Shown here piece after piece: positions 19,833-32,500 of a stretch of 64,000 nucleotides of DNA. The stretch comes from an uncultured Chitinophagales bacterium. Lineage in GTDB: Bacteria; Bacteroidota; Rhodothermia; Balneolales; M1805. Numbering within the stretch: the first letter of the stretch is position 1; every line of letters begins with the position of its first letter. The stretch lies in the NCBI GenBank assembly GCA_964575925.1, contig CAZNTR010000003.1:1687-65686 (forward strand), in the 5' to 3' direction. Made by a program: the position numbers and the translations under genes. Under the pieces are notes generated by a model. That model made no database searches. It saw only the letters and a program-made list of their open reading frames with translations, and had not been told where the DNA came from.

Positions 19833-21436
19833 GCATTATTAAACAATCCTTTACTTCACTGCCATTTTCTCAACTTTTTAATGATTATTTGAACGAAAAA
19901 CAGGAGATAATCTCCTTTTTCGAAACTAAACCATCAGATTTATTCTCCACTTTTCCTGATAGAAAATCTTATATCTCAAGGGAAGAACTCGTAAAAATTG
20001 TTCGCGACTTTAATGCTGATTTAGAACTTTCTGATTATTCGAAGCAGAATATTGAATTACTTTTAAATGAGGACACATTTACCGTAACTACAGGGCAGCA
20101 AATAGGTTTGTTTGGTGGTTATTTGTACACACTTTACAAGATTGTAACAACTATTAAGTTGGCAAAAGAGCTAAGTGAAAAACATCAAAAGAACGTTATT
20201 CCAATTTTTTGGATTGCTGATGAAGATCATGATTTTGATGAAGCCAATCACGTTTCGGTGATAAAAAATGACAGCTCAGTGGAAACGATATCTATTAAAC
20301 GTCCGAGTGATTTACATCAACAAGTTGGGCGAGAGCTAGTGAATGAGGATATTGAAAAGCAAATTACTCACTTTTTTGAATCATCGGGAAATTCCCAATT
20401 TAGTGAAGAACTAAAGTCTTGGTTGATTGAAGATTTTAATCCCAAAAACACGCAGAAAAATGCGTTTCTGCGTTTTCTGAATCGTCTATTTGGTAAACAT
20501 GGTTTAGTATTTTTTGGTAGCGATACTAAATTAATTAAACAAGCAACTCTACCGGTTTTTGAAACGGCAATTAATAAAGCTGTGACGGTTTATCATTCAT
20601 TAGAAGATCAAAGTAAAGCAATTGAATCTGTTTATCACAGACAAGCAATGACAGATTATTCTTTACTCTTTTTGAATTGTAAAAGAGGTAGAATAAAACT
20701 TCATTTAGATGTTGAAAACTTAATTTGGAGTGTGGATGAAAGATTACTTAGTTCTGAAGACTTACTTTCAAAAATTCAGGATGAGCCGAATTTATTATCT
20801 CCTAATGTTTTTCTTCGTCCAATAGTTCAAGAATTCGTTTTACCGAATATTGCATACATTGCTGGACCTGGTGAGTTAGCCTATTATGCTCAGATGAAAA
20901 AAATGTACGAGATATTTGATGTTCCAATGCCTGTTATTGTTCCAAGGTTATCGGCAACTGTTATCGAAAGGCCATTTCAACGATATTGGAGTGAGTTACC
21001 GATTCAATTTGATGGATATTTCAAAAGAATTGAGGATTTGGAACGTGAATTTGTTGCACAAAACCAGCCGTTTGACATAGAAAATCATTTTCAAAGTTGG
21101 ATTGAAGCTTCAAGACAGACGGCTAAACGGTTTAAAGATGAAATTGTACATTTAGATCAAACTTTAGATCAAAGTGTTGAAAGAGCTTTACATTCTTATC
21201 AAAATGAACTGGAAAAATTAAAAGGAAAAGTTTCCAAATCAGTTAAGAATAAAGATGAAATTACACTTCAACGAATAAGAAAAGTTCAGGCTAGTCTTTA
21301 TCCTCTAAATGGTCTGCAAGAAAGAACAATTGGATTTGTGCATTTCTTAAATAGATATGGCTTAGATTGTTTCGAAAAACTTTTTGATGATTCTGTTTCA
21401 GCTCTTGAAACAAATCATATTTTACTGTTTATTTAA
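19829..21436 (+). CDS. bshC: Bacillithiol biosynthesis cysteine-adding enzyme
   Basis: 535 aa. The TTGQQIGLFGGYLYTLYKIVTTIKLAKEL motif and overall length match BshC. GTG start overlaps the upstream stop codon. Confidence 0.8.
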   Translation: MSIIKQSFTSLPFSQLFNDYLNEKQEIISFFETKPSDLFSTFPDRKSYISREELVKIVRDFNADLELSDYSKQNIELLLNEDTFTVTTGQQIGLFGGYLYTLYKIVTTIKLAKELSEKHQKNVIPIFWIADEDHDFDEANHVSVIKNDSSVETISIKRPSDLHQQVGRELVNEDIEKQITHFFESSGNSQFSEELKSWLIEDFNPKNTQKNAFLRFLNRLFGKHGLVFFGSDTKLIKQATLPVFETAINKAVTVYHSLEDQSKAIESVYHRQAMTDYSLLFLNCKRGRIKLHLDVENLIWSVDERLLSSEDLLSKIQDEPNLLSPNVFLRPIVQEFVLPNIAYIAGPGELAYYAQMKKMYEIFDVPMPVIVPRLSATVIERPFQRYWSELPIQFDGYFKRIEDLEREFVAQNQPFDIENHFQSWIEASRQTAKRFKDEIVHLDQTLDQSVERALHSYQNELEKLKGKVSKSVKNKDEITLQRIRKVQASLYPLNGLQERTIGFVHFLNRYGLDCFEKLFDDSVSALETNHILLFI

Positions 21437-21442
21437 TAATGT

Positions 21443-22009
21443 ATGAAACTGAAATCTGAGTTAAGAGAGTTTGCTTTATCCTACAGAAATTCTTTAGATG
21501 AAGAAAAATATAGAGATTTATCGCTGGCAATTACTTACAAATTATGCTACATATTCCCTTTTAAGGAAGCGTTTGATTATCATTTTTTTATAGGTTCCAC
21601 TCATAAACGTGAGGTAATTACAAAGCCATTAATTGATGTGTTATTGAAAGCTGGAAGAAATGTGTTTGTTCCTAAAGTTAATGAATATAATGTGTTAAGT
21701 ACTCATAAAATACATACCTTATTGGACTTAAAAATCGGTGCTTTTGGAATAGAGGAACCTATAACGTTTTCAACTAATACGACAAATTTTGATTGTATTA
21801 TAGTTCCAATGCTCGGAGCTGATTTAAAAGGAAATAGAGTAGGATATGGGAGAGGATTCTACGATCGATTTTTAGAAAAAACAAGTGGTGTAAAAATAGG
21901 AATCGTTTACGATGCCTGTTTAGTTGATGAGCTAGAATCTGAAGCACATGATATACCTTTAGATTTAATAATAACAGAAAATAGAGTTATCGAGACAAGC
22001 AAACGGTAA
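21443..22009 (+). CDS. 5-formyltetrahydrofolate cyclo-ligase
   Basis: 188 aa with the GNRVGYGRGFYDRFL signature. Confidence 0.85.
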   Translation: MKLKSELREFALSYRNSLDEEKYRDLSLAITYKLCYIFPFKEAFDYHFFIGSTHKREVITKPLIDVLLKAGRNVFVPKVNEYNVLSTHKIHTLLDLKIGAFGIEEPITFSTNTTNFDCIIVPMLGADLKGNRVGYGRGFYDRFLEKTSGVKIGIVYDACLVDELESEAHDIPLDLIITENRVIETSKR

Positions 22010-22062
22010 CAAATCTTTACTTTAAGCGTACCACATCTTGCACTAAAAATGTAGAATAGACT

Positions 22063-22776
22063 ATGGCAGAACGATTTAAGACGAGTACAGAAAGAATAGC
22101 TTTAGATGATTCCGTAAATTACACAGAAACGGATTTAAAACAAGCTTTTGAAAGTTTCATTCAAGAAGAACCTGAACTAACAAAAACGAATCTAATCAAT
22201 TTTACGAGTGTTTTTGGTACTGCCATGATGTTAATGGCATCGCTATTTTTTATTGGGAAAATCTTACCCGGCGATATTTTTAGTAATATTAACAATTGGA
22301 TGCAGCCTTTAGCGATGGTTGGTGGTGTAATCGTTACCCTTAAAGGACTTGGAATTTTTTCAAGACGAAGAAAACGTAAAAAAAAGGAAAAAGAATTTGA
22401 AACAAGCCCTTCGTTTTTGAAATATAAAAGTGCTCCAAATTATGCTTCTACTTCGGGTGCAACATCGAGTAATACTTCATTTAATTCAAAAACTTCGTCG
22501 GGAAAATCAACCATTGGTTCAACTGAGTTTGAGCGTGCATATTACGATACGTATGCCTTAAAGAAAAATAAAAAGCTCTATAAATCTAGATTAGATAAAA
22601 AAGTGGATGGAGTTTGTGGTGGTTTAGCCAAGTATTTAGGCGTCAGTTCAACAATAGTTCGATTGATATTCATTGTTGCTACGTTTATGGGTTATGGTTC
22701 ACCCATTTTATTGTATTTAGGTTTAAGTATTGCTCTTTCTAAAGAACCAAAGATACTAAGTGATATTCAAGAATAA
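22063..22776 (+). CDS. PspC-domain membrane protein
   Basis: C-terminal LYKSRLDKKVDGVCGGLAKYLGVSSTIVRLIFIV is a PspC domain. There are central TM segments and a Ser/Thr-rich linker. Confidence 0.75.
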   Translation: MAERFKTSTERIALDDSVNYTETDLKQAFESFIQEEPELTKTNLINFTSVFGTAMMLMASLFFIGKILPGDIFSNINNWMQPLAMVGGVIVTLKGLGIFSRRRKRKKKEKEFETSPSFLKYKSAPNYASTSGATSSNTSFNSKTSSGKSTIGSTEFERAYYDTYALKKNKKLYKSRLDKKVDGVCGGLAKYLGVSSTIVRLIFIVATFMGYGSPILLYLGLSIALSKEPKILSDIQE

Positions 22777-22793
22777 TTGATTTCTAATAAACA

Positions 22794-23399
22794 ATGCTAA
22801 TTACATTCGAAGGTATTGATGGGTCTGGAAAAAGCACTCAAATTCAATTATTAAAATTGTTTATTGAAACGAATTTAAAACAAAAAGTTGTTGTTTTTCG
22901 AGAACCAGGAGGTAATATTGTATCAGAAAAAATTAGATCTTTATTACTGGAAACTGATTTTGAGATTCAACCTATAACAGAAATGTTACTTTTTTCGGCG
23001 GCGAGAGCTCAATTGGTTGCCGATGACGTGTTGCCGAATTTAAAGAATGGATCCATTGTAATTTTAGATCGCTTTTTTGATTCCACAACCGCATATCAAG
23101 GTTATGGAAGAGGTGCTGCCTCAATTGAGGAAATTAATGCACTCAATCATTTTGCTGCGTTAGGATTGAAACCAGATATCACATTTTATTTACGCTTAGA
23201 GTTAGAAGAGGCTCAATTAAGAAGATCAGGTGATGAAAAAGACAGAATGGAACGCTCAGGAAATGTGTTTTATGAAAAAGTAATTCAAGGGTTTGACGAA
23301 ATGGCAAAGCAGGAAAGTCGATTTTGTGTTTTAGATGCCTCTTTGAATAAAGATGAAATTCATATATTAATTACTGAAAAAGTAAGTTCGCTTTTATAA
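22794..23399 (+). CDS. tmk: Thymidylate (dTMP) kinase
   Basis: ITFEGIDGSGKSTQ P-loop and DRFFDSTTAYQG motif. Confidence 0.95.
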   Translation: MLITFEGIDGSGKSTQIQLLKLFIETNLKQKVVVFREPGGNIVSEKIRSLLLETDFEIQPITEMLLFSAARAQLVADDVLPNLKNGSIVILDRFFDSTTAYQGYGRGAASIEEINALNHFAALGLKPDITFYLRLELEEAQLRRSGDEKDRMERSGNVFYEKVIQGFDEMAKQESRFCVLDASLNKDEIHILITEKVSSLL

Positions 23400-23620
23400 T
23401 TGATTTCAAGTTCATGGAAATCTGAGAACGCTGATGTATTTACTTAAGTTTTGGTTTAGAGTTTTTGTCAAAGTTAAAAATAAATCTCACTCATCATTAC
23501 TTAGGATTAAAGGATAGAAAACTAGCCTTAAGTTGGAGAGAGAACTATCTAGGCTATTGTTTTAAAACTAAGCTATTGTGGTACAAATCCTTATACTAGA
23601 ATCAGATTATGTAAAATCAA

Positions 23621-23722
23621 GAGTGAGTCTAAACCGAAAAGAAAAAATTTAGCAAATAAACGGCAATAGTAAACTTTTGAGTGGGTGAAAATCGATAAAA
23701 TTTCCAATCTGGAGCGAACTCA
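23621..23722 (-). repeat. Dispersed TIR repeat, decayed or rearranged copy 10
   Basis: Shares the 13-mer GGGTGAAAATCGA with the reverse complement of copy 1. Terminal pieces ...CCGAAAAG... and ...TGGAGCGAACTCA are also present. Ends 4 nt from the stop codon of the neighbouring permease gene. Confidence 0.5.
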
Positions 23723-23726
23723 AAAT

Positions 23727-24824
23727 TTATTTTTTCGTTTTTATCATTAAAATTATTGATGCAAAAAGGAATAGTAAATGTGGTATTGTTGCAGCATATA
23801 ATGGGCTTAAGACGCCGTTAATCCCAAGTGGCTCAAATAGTTTCATCGTTGTGAGATACAAGAAACTAACACCAAGGCCAATGGCTAGATAAACGCCTTT
23901 ACCACCTTTACGACGTACCGAAGCAAGGCATAAACCAATAATTATTACAATTGGAATGGAAAAAGGATAACTTAATTTTGAGTAAAACTGCACAGTTGGC
24001 AGTTCCAGCCCTCCAGCACCACTACGTTCAACAGATTCTAAATATTCTACAATTTCTGGATAGCTTAATTGAAAAATATCAGCAGTAGTTCGAGATAAAT
24101 CTCTTGGAAAAATAGTAAGTATGGTGTCTTTTTGGGTTTGTTTAATTTCGACAATTTTGTCCGATTCAAATTTGCGGAAGGTGATATCGAATAATCTCCA
24201 GACAGCTAAGGAGTCGATAAATTGCATACGAGCTGCTTCCGTTAGTTGAACTAATGAATCGGCTTTATAGTCTAGCATTGAAATACGGTATCCAATTTTA
24301 GAACTAGGTTCAAAATAATTTATTTGAATTATTGAATTTGTAGAAGTTTGCCTTAAAAGTTTACTTTTATCGAGTCGGTCACTTTTACGGTTTATGTATG
24401 TACGTTCAAATTTAATTCGTTCCCTGTTTGAATAGGGAACAACAAATCCATCCAAATAACTCACAATGGTCATGGCAATTATCCCTACAACAATGAATGG
24501 GATACTCATTCGATATAATGACACACCCGCGGCTTTTAAAGCAATAAATTCAACACGATCAGCTAACTGCCCAGAAATTAAAAGTGCGGCAACAAAAAGT
24601 GATACTGGGGAAACAAGTCGAATAATTTCAGCAATATAATGAACATAATAATTTCCCCAAATTTCTGTAGCAGTTGCGCCTCTATCCGAAAAATCATCGC
24701 TATTTTCAGAAAAATCTATAATTATAAAAATAAAAACGAGCAAAAGTAACATCAAAACAGTTACAGAAATCATTCGTTTTATTATGAATCGATCAATGGT
24801 ATTGGGGAATTTTAATCTCATCAA
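23727..24824 (-). CDS. LptF/LptG-family (YjgP/YjgQ) LPS export permease
   Basis: 365 aa with 6 TM segments and a central periplasmic domain. Its start overlaps the upstream paralogue by 4 nt. Confidence 0.85.
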   Translation of the reverse strand: MMRLKFPNTIDRFIIKRMISVTVLMLLLLVFIFIIIDFSENSDDFSDRGATATEIWGNYYVHYIAEIIRLVSPVSLFVAALLISGQLADRVEFIALKAAGVSLYRMSIPFIVVGIIAMTIVSYLDGFVVPYSNRERIKFERTYINRKSDRLDKSKLLRQTSTNSIIQINYFEPSSKIGYRISMLDYKADSLVQLTEAARMQFIDSLAVWRLFDITFRKFESDKIVEIKQTQKDTILTIFPRDLSRTTADIFQLSYPEIVEYLESVERSGAGGLELPTVQFYSKLSYPFSIPIVIIIGLCLASVRRKGGKGVYLAIGLGVSFLYLTTMKLFEPLGINGVLSPLYAATIPHLLFLFASIILMIKTKK

Positions 24825-26260
24825 ATAAACCTATTTCTAATTATTTTGATATGTAAGAAAATGGCAATAATGGCAAAAACAAAATTAATAAACCACATTC
24901 CAACAAATGGAGATACCATAAGTCGATCGGCTAATTTTTCGCCTTGAATGAGTCCAATCCAGTAAAACGTAAAAATTATAGCAGCAAAAACGGCAGCGAT
25001 GCCCAAATTTCCTTTTTTAGTGAGTAAACCTAGAGGAGCACCAATGAAGACAAATAAAATGCATCCAATAGGAATCGCAACTTTTTTATGAATTTCGACC
25101 CAATACTTCGCTAATCGTTCATTTTTCCACTTTAGCGTATTTTTTACGCCATCATAATTAACCGAACGTGTACGAATTCCGCGAATTGAAGTGCGCATAG
25201 CTTCACGTTGTGTTTCAAATGCAGGCAGATTAGTTAGAGCTATAAATTTTGAAAACTTGGGAGTAGTTTTTTCATTTCGAGGTTTAATTCTACTAGAATG
25301 CACAGAATCCATTGTTGATAGCACTGAATCTGAAGATAGTTTAGAATCACCGTAATGAGTAAAATCGAAATCGCCAGCCCGATTTTGTTTGTACGAAGAT
25401 AGATTCTCGTTAACAATCTCATTTTTTAACGTTTGAATGACTTCAAACATAGCCTCTGCACGCATGGTTCGGTCATTTCGACCACGAGATTCAGGATTTG
25501 ATCGTGAGAATTCAAGTTTTGACAAATCGAAATTGATGGAATATGAGTTAAAAGCAGTCTTTTCAATAGTTTGGGTTCCATTCGATCTGTTCAGAATAGT
25601 GCGAAAAATTTCACCATTAAAAAGAATTAGATTCAAGTTCTCTGTATTGGGGATAGTGCTTAAGCGCCCTTTTTTTGCTTTAATTAAAGCCTCGTCTTTA
25701 CCATCTCTAGCTTCTTGAAAAAGGCTTATTTTATAAAGAGTGTCAGTTTCAGGTGAAATGGATGAAACGAGAAAAGTGTACCCTTCAATACCATCGTAAA
25801 AAACACCTTCCTTTAAGTCAAAACCAGGTTTTTTCATTCTAATATCGATAAATAAAGCTCTTGCGCGATAATTGGCTTCAGGTAAAATGTAATTTGAAAA
25901 CAGAACAAGGAGCAAAAATAAGACTCCACCTGCAATTAAAAGAGGAGTTATCATTTTAAAGGGATGAATTCCTGCAGCTTTTACAGCGGTAAACTCGTTC
26001 GATTCGGAAAAAGAGCCATAAACCATCAAGCTTGACACTAAAACAGCCATTGGAACGGCAAGAACGACCATATAGGCTAAATTTGTTAAAATTAATTCCA
26101 AAATGACTGATAGAGGCAGACCCTTTCCAACAATTTTGTCTAAATAAAGCATCAAAAATTGCATTAGAAGCAAAAACATAATGGTAAGAAAGACAAATAG
26201 AAACGGACCGATGTGGCGTTTTAATAAGTCATTTTGCAGAGATTTTGGACCAAATTTCAT
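24821..26260 (-). CDS. LptF/LptG-family (YjgP/YjgQ) LPS export permease, long form
   Basis: 479 aa with the same architecture and an enlarged periplasmic insert. Confidence 0.85.
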   Translation of the reverse strand: MKFGPKSLQNDLLKRHIGPFLFVFLTIMFLLLMQFLMLYLDKIVGKGLPLSVILELILTNLAYMVVLAVPMAVLVSSLMVYGSFSESNEFTAVKAAGIHPFKMITPLLIAGGVLFLLLVLFSNYILPEANYRARALFIDIRMKKPGFDLKEGVFYDGIEGYTFLVSSISPETDTLYKISLFQEARDGKDEALIKAKKGRLSTIPNTENLNLILFNGEIFRTILNRSNGTQTIEKTAFNSYSINFDLSKLEFSRSNPESRGRNDRTMRAEAMFEVIQTLKNEIVNENLSSYKQNRAGDFDFTHYGDSKLSSDSVLSTMDSVHSSRIKPRNEKTTPKFSKFIALTNLPAFETQREAMRTSIRGIRTRSVNYDGVKNTLKWKNERLAKYWVEIHKKVAIPIGCILFVFIGAPLGLLTKKGNLGIAAVFAAIIFTFYWIGLIQGEKLADRLMVSPFVGMWFINFVFAIIAIFLHIKIIRNRFI

Positions 26261-26517
26261 TCAATATTGTTGATGTAAAGCTCAATTCGTGGTATTATAC
26301 GAAAAATGTTTTCTCACTACATACTTTAGGTGTAATAAGAAGCGTTCTATCGTGAAATTAAGGATTCAAATGAAACAAGTGCTGCATATTTTATCAGACT
26401 TTACTTACCTTTACCCAAGTTTTAATACAAGCTCAAATTCACCAAAAATAACGTTTCATATTTTTAACTTTCTGTTGCCTATCGCTTAAGGATACTGTTT
26501 ACTTAACTTAATACTTT

Positions 26518-29500
26518 TTGGTGATACGTAATAAATTCTTACGAACTTTTCCTATAATCTTTTTTATTGCTTTGGGCTATAATTATGCAAGCGCTCAGCA
26601 ACGAGAAATAGATACCACATTGGTAACAGTTATGCCTGAAAAACTGTATGATAGAAGTGTATTCGTATCCAAACCAAGACCTTCTTATACCTCTCCGTTC
26701 AGAAGAAGAAGGAGTGGCTTAGTTGAGTTAGCCACGGCTCAGCCAAAAATTGAAATTAAATATGATTCTCAAACGGGTGAATATTCTGTTTTTCAAACTA
26801 TTGATGGTGTACCAATTGGAGAACCTGTTTGTCTAAGCTTACAAGAATTTACGGAACTAACGAGGGAATCGTTTAAAAACGAAAGTTTAACAAAATTAGC
26901 ACAAACGGCTAATAATCGTAGGCAAAATCAGCAGGGCTTAATTGATTTTAAGTTTTCAGTTCCTGGAGGGAAAGAATCGGTATTTACTACTATTTTCGGA
27001 AAGCCAGAAGTTAATCTTAGAGTTACAGGAACGGCAAATATGAATGTAGGTGCGGCCATTCAACGAGATGAAAATCCATCCGTTCCAGAAGATCAAAGAC
27101 AACGAGTTGATCCGACATTTGAACAGAACTTGAAGTTGAATATTCAAGGTGGAATTGGAGATAAGCTAACTATTAATACAGATTGGGATACTGAACGTCC
27201 ATTTGACTATCAGAACAGATTACGAATTGCTTACACTGGTTATGAAGATGAAATTATTAAAAGTATAGAGTTAGGGAATGTAGGGATGGAAACCGGGAAC
27301 TCGTTAATTTCTGGTGGACAAGCGCTTTTTGGGATAAAGTCTGTAGCACAATTAGGTGCGCTAAAAGTAACATCTGTAATTTCCCAAAAAGAAGGAACGG
27401 GAAATTCTAAATCCATTGATGGCGGTTCAACAGAAGAAACGTTTAAGTTAAATCCAACCGATTACGAAGATGATCGTCACTTTTACATTGATTATTTTAC
27501 CTATGATCGTTATGATGAAGCTTTAGGAAACCCAATAAATCAAATTGCTCTGTATAACATAAATCAGTTAGTGGTTTACAAACTAAATTTAGGGACACAG
27601 AGAAATGATAATTTTGTTCAAGGCTTAGCGATATCCGATTTAGGTGTTGTCAAAAACCGAATTACAGGAAGATTCGAAATGCCAAATACCGATACAGATG
27701 AAATTGCCGACGAGTATTTAGAGGAAATTAGAACGGCAACATTAGACACAATTGATGTGGTCAGTGTAGCAAATAGATTAGGTATAGAGAGTCAAAATGT
27801 GGTAAAAGGGTTTTGGATTCCTCTACAATTAAATGTTGATTATACCTATGATAAAACCCTTGGAACGATTTCATTATTAAATTCGGCTCTCCAATCGAAT
27901 GAAGCATTAGCTATCGCTTTTCAAAATCAAGTTGGTTCAAAAATTGAGGAAGTTGGGGATGTAAACGTTTTGGGTGAACAAATTCTGATTTTAAAGTTAA
28001 TTCGCCAGCAGAATATAAATCCACAATCTACGACTTGGGATTTAACGATGAGAAATGTGTATTCCTTAGGTCCGTCAAATATTTCATCAGATGGATTTGT
28101 ATTCAATTTGTATTTTACTGGAAGTAATGTACCTCTAGAGAATATTCCAGGAATTCCAGCTAACTTATTGCAATTGTTAGGTTTAGATAGAGTAAACTTG
28201 AATCGAGAGATTACTCCAGATAACCTAATCGATTTTTCAACGGGAGTCATTGATGGTGTTGGAGGTAAAATTTATTTCCCTTACACCAAACCGTTTGGTG
28301 AGCGAATTATTCAAATTATAGAAGAAAGTGCGATAGCAGATAAAGATAAAGCAAAAGAAGAATGGTCTTTTCCAGAATTGTATAAAATTAAACAAGGTGT
28401 GGCAAAACAGGAATCCAAACGAAATTTATTTGAAATGTCGGGAACTGTAAAAGGTGGTACAAGTGGTTCTTTTTATTTAGGTTATGCGCTTGTAGAAGGT
28501 TCAGTAAAAGTTTTTGCAAACGGTATAGAATTACAAGAAGGATTAGATTTTGAAGTCGATTATTCCATTGGTAACGTGTATATCACCAATACACGGTATT
28601 TGGCAAAAGGTCAACAAATAAAAGTTGATTACGAAAGTAACAACATTGTTCAAATTCAACAAACAACGTTTACGGGAGTACGTGGAGAGTATCAAGTAAA
28701 TGATAACATTAAATTTGGCGCAACATATTTTAATTTGAAAGATAATCCATTAACGGATAAAATTAGAATTGGAGATGAGCCAATAAATAACTCAGTTTAT
28801 GGTTTTGATGCAAAAGCTAAATTTGAAGTACCATGGCTTACAAAAGCGCTTGATTTTTTTCCATTAATTGAAACAAAAGCTCCATCAAGTATTAACTTTT
28901 CTGGCGAATTTGCTCAATTAAAACCTGGCGTTGCACAAACAAATGCCGTTCAAGCTGCAATTGATGCGAATAGATTATATCCTGACGAAGAACAGGGTGT
29001 TTCTTTTATAGATGAATTTGAGGGTTCAAAAACAAGCTTTAATTTTGCGTCGCCAACAAGATGGTCACTTGCTGCGGCTCCAGCAGCTATTCCTGGATAT
29101 GATACCGATTTAGAGTTAGCACCCACTTCGCTTTTATCCAAAATTGAACGTTCTGATATGCGATCCCAATTTGCATGGTACACAATCCCGATTAATGTGA
29201 GTTCAATTATTGATGTGCCTAGGACTAGAGAAACGCGATTAATACAAGTTTCAGATGTATTTGATAGACAAACCCTTCAACAAGATAACTTTCTGAATAC
29301 ATTGGATATCTATTACAATCCCACTAATCGCGGTCAATACAATTACAATAGACAGCTAAAAAAATTATTAGAAAACGAATCTGAAAAAACATGGGGAGGA
29401 ATGACTACAACATTACCACAAGGTTTAGAAAACTTAACGCTAAATAATATTGAATTTATTGAGTTTTGGGTACAGCCGATTATTCCAGATTCAATTTTAA

Positions 29501-32500
29501 AAAACGGGTCTAATGCAAGTGTTGCTATAAAAGAAGATTATAATGGTAAAATTTATATCGATTTGGGAACGATTTCTGAGGATGTGATTCCGAATTTTAG
29601 TTCTAACAATGAAGATGGATTAGCACAAGGGGGAGCCGCAAATTTGAACGAAGATCAACAAGGTGGAATTCCACCTCGATCGTTAGTTTTGCGTAGGCCG
29701 ATAGATTATGATGGACAGTTTTCGATTAATTCGTTGAATGATGAAGATGTCGGTCTTGATGGAATTCCTAACAATGTTGGCTTAGGTGATTATAATGAAA
29801 CTGATTTTTTTGAAGATTTTGTGGCAAGTGTACAACAGCAATATGGAACGAATCATGCTGTAACGCAAGCAGTATTTGAAGATCCATCAAACGATGATTA
29901 TTATTATTGGGCAGAATCGGCTTATGAAGGTAAGTCGTTGCAAGAAAGATTTTTACGCATGTTTGGTTATTCTGAAGAAAACTCACGAACAACAGGAGAA
30001 AAAAGAGCTATTACAAACCGACCAGATGCAGAGGGTTTAATAATTCCAACCGCACCAAATACACGCGATTCCTATTATCAATATGAAATTGATTTGAATC
30101 CTGCTGATCCAAATTCACTTTCAAAAGATTTACCTTATATTGTTGATATAACTGAAGATAGAAATGAGGGTAGTAATTGGTATCAAATTCGAATTCCATT
30201 AGAGACGTTTAAGCGTAAGTTTGGTGATGTTCAGGATTTTCAATCGGTTACTCACATGCGTTTTTGGATGTCAGGTTACAAAAAACCTTTCACACTACGG
30301 TTTGCAACATTTGAGCTTGTTGGATCTCAATGGAGAAAAGCAGAAGCAGTTGGAAATATTGGAAATCTTTCAACGGACTTTTTTGTTTCTACGATAAACG
30401 TTGAAGAGAACAAAAGTAGAAGACCTGTTCCTTATGTTACACCAACTGGGGCAATTCGTTCCATAAACAGAACGCAACAAGGAAACTTATTAGCAAACGA
30501 GCAATCACTATCACTTCAAGTTAATGACTTACGAGGAGGTGATTTACGAATGATTCGTCGGAACTTTACGGGAGGAATGAACTTAATTAATTACACAAAT
30601 TTAAGAATGTATGTTCACGCTGAGGGGTTTGATAGAAGAGGGCAGGCCGAATTGGTAGTGAGAATTGGACGGGATTTAGAACGGGAATATTATGAATACA
30701 GACAACCTTTAACACCAAGCGACACCTCGTATTTTGTGAGCTTACCAAGAGATTATGAAGAAGCACTTCAGGAAGAAATTGAACAAAGGGTCTGGCTGCC
30801 AGAAGAAAACGCTATGAATATTGTTTTGAGTTCTTTGAATTCGATTAAACAGTTAAGAAACTTGGCTGGAGTTGATCCTTCGGTAACTTATTATGACTCA
30901 ACATTGGTAAAAGATGCTCCGCCTGGAACACGAATTGGGATAAAGGGTAATCCATCACTTCAAAGTATTTCAGAAATTGGGATTGGGGTCATGAATCCAG
31001 CACGACTAATTTCGGATGGTTCGGCGCAGAATATCTATTTAAAACAATCCTTAGACGCAATAATTTGGGTAAATGAGTTACGTGTATCTGGCTTTGATAA
31101 TGCTGAAGGTTGGGCTGCAAATGCCTCAGCAAATGTTCAATTGGCTGATTTAGGAGCCATTAATGGTAAAATTTTAACAAGTAGAGCAGGCTATGGATCG
31201 TTAGATTCCCGTTTGGGTAATCGGCAAAGAGCTGATCGATTGCAGTATGACTTTGGAACTACTTTTAATGTGCATAAACTCTTGCCTCAAAAATATGGTT
31301 GGAATATTCCTATTGGCTTCAATTACAATAATAGTTTGTCAACACCTCAATTTTTGCCAAGAGAAGGAGATATTCGTTTAAGTGATTTTACAGATGCTGT
31401 TCGTTCACAAGATGTACCTATACTAGTTCAAGATAGTTTAATAAGTTCGAAATTGCGTGAAGTTCAGGATTTTTCAGAACGGACTTCTTTTACGTTGAGT
31501 AATTTATCGAAAAGAAATTCTGATTGGAAAATTCTTCAATATACGCTTGATAATTTGAACACGAATTATTCGTATTCCCAAGAAAAACGAAGGAATGTAA
31601 ACGATATTTATAAAGACTCTTGGAATTTTAATGCTGGAATGAGTTTTAGTTATACTTTCAAAAAGGTAGATTTATTACGACCATTTTGGTTTGTTGAAGA
31701 CATTTCATGGTTAAGTATGTTATATGATTTTCAATTGGGGTACATGCCATCTTCAATAAATATGTCTGGGACTTTGGCAAGGAGTTATCAAGAATGGCAA
31801 CGTAGATCTTTAGATGCAACACTACTTCCGATATTACAAACGCATCAGTTTGATTTTAATCAGACTATAGGTTTTGCTTATAATTTAACTCCGACCATTC
31901 CTATTTCTTTTAGTTCAAATTCAAAATATTTCTTAAATAGTGCTGGAGAAGTACGAAATTCAGATGATCTAACGCAGCCATTTGAATTGATTCCAACCTT
32001 TAAAGCTTTAGAGAATGTCTTTAACACAGATTCAACCGGAGTTCGCCAAGAGAGTTATTCTGAGAATTATGGAATTAGTTGGAGACCTCAAATCAATAAA
32101 ATTAAGGCATTAAATTGGCTTAGTTATACCACTACATATAGAGGTGGATTTCGATGGCAAAATTCGCCACAAGGTTCAAATCAAGGAGCATCTATTGGAA
32201 ACTCCTATAATCTTGATCAAAATATGAGCATAAAAATTCAGGAAATTTTTAAAAAAATCCCCATTTATGATGACCTGAAAAAAGCAGATGACAAAGAAAG
32301 TAGAGAACGGGCAAGGATAGCTGCTGCTGAAAAGCGAAAAAAAGAAAATGAAAAGAGATTAGAATTGATGAGGCAGAAAAATCCTAATGCTGTAAAAAAT
32401 GCAGCAAAACCGAGTAGTAAAGCAGAAGAGAAGAAAGAGGAAAATCGAGAAGGCAATCTGTTGTATTTAGGTCGGAAATTGGGATTAGCATTATTTAGTA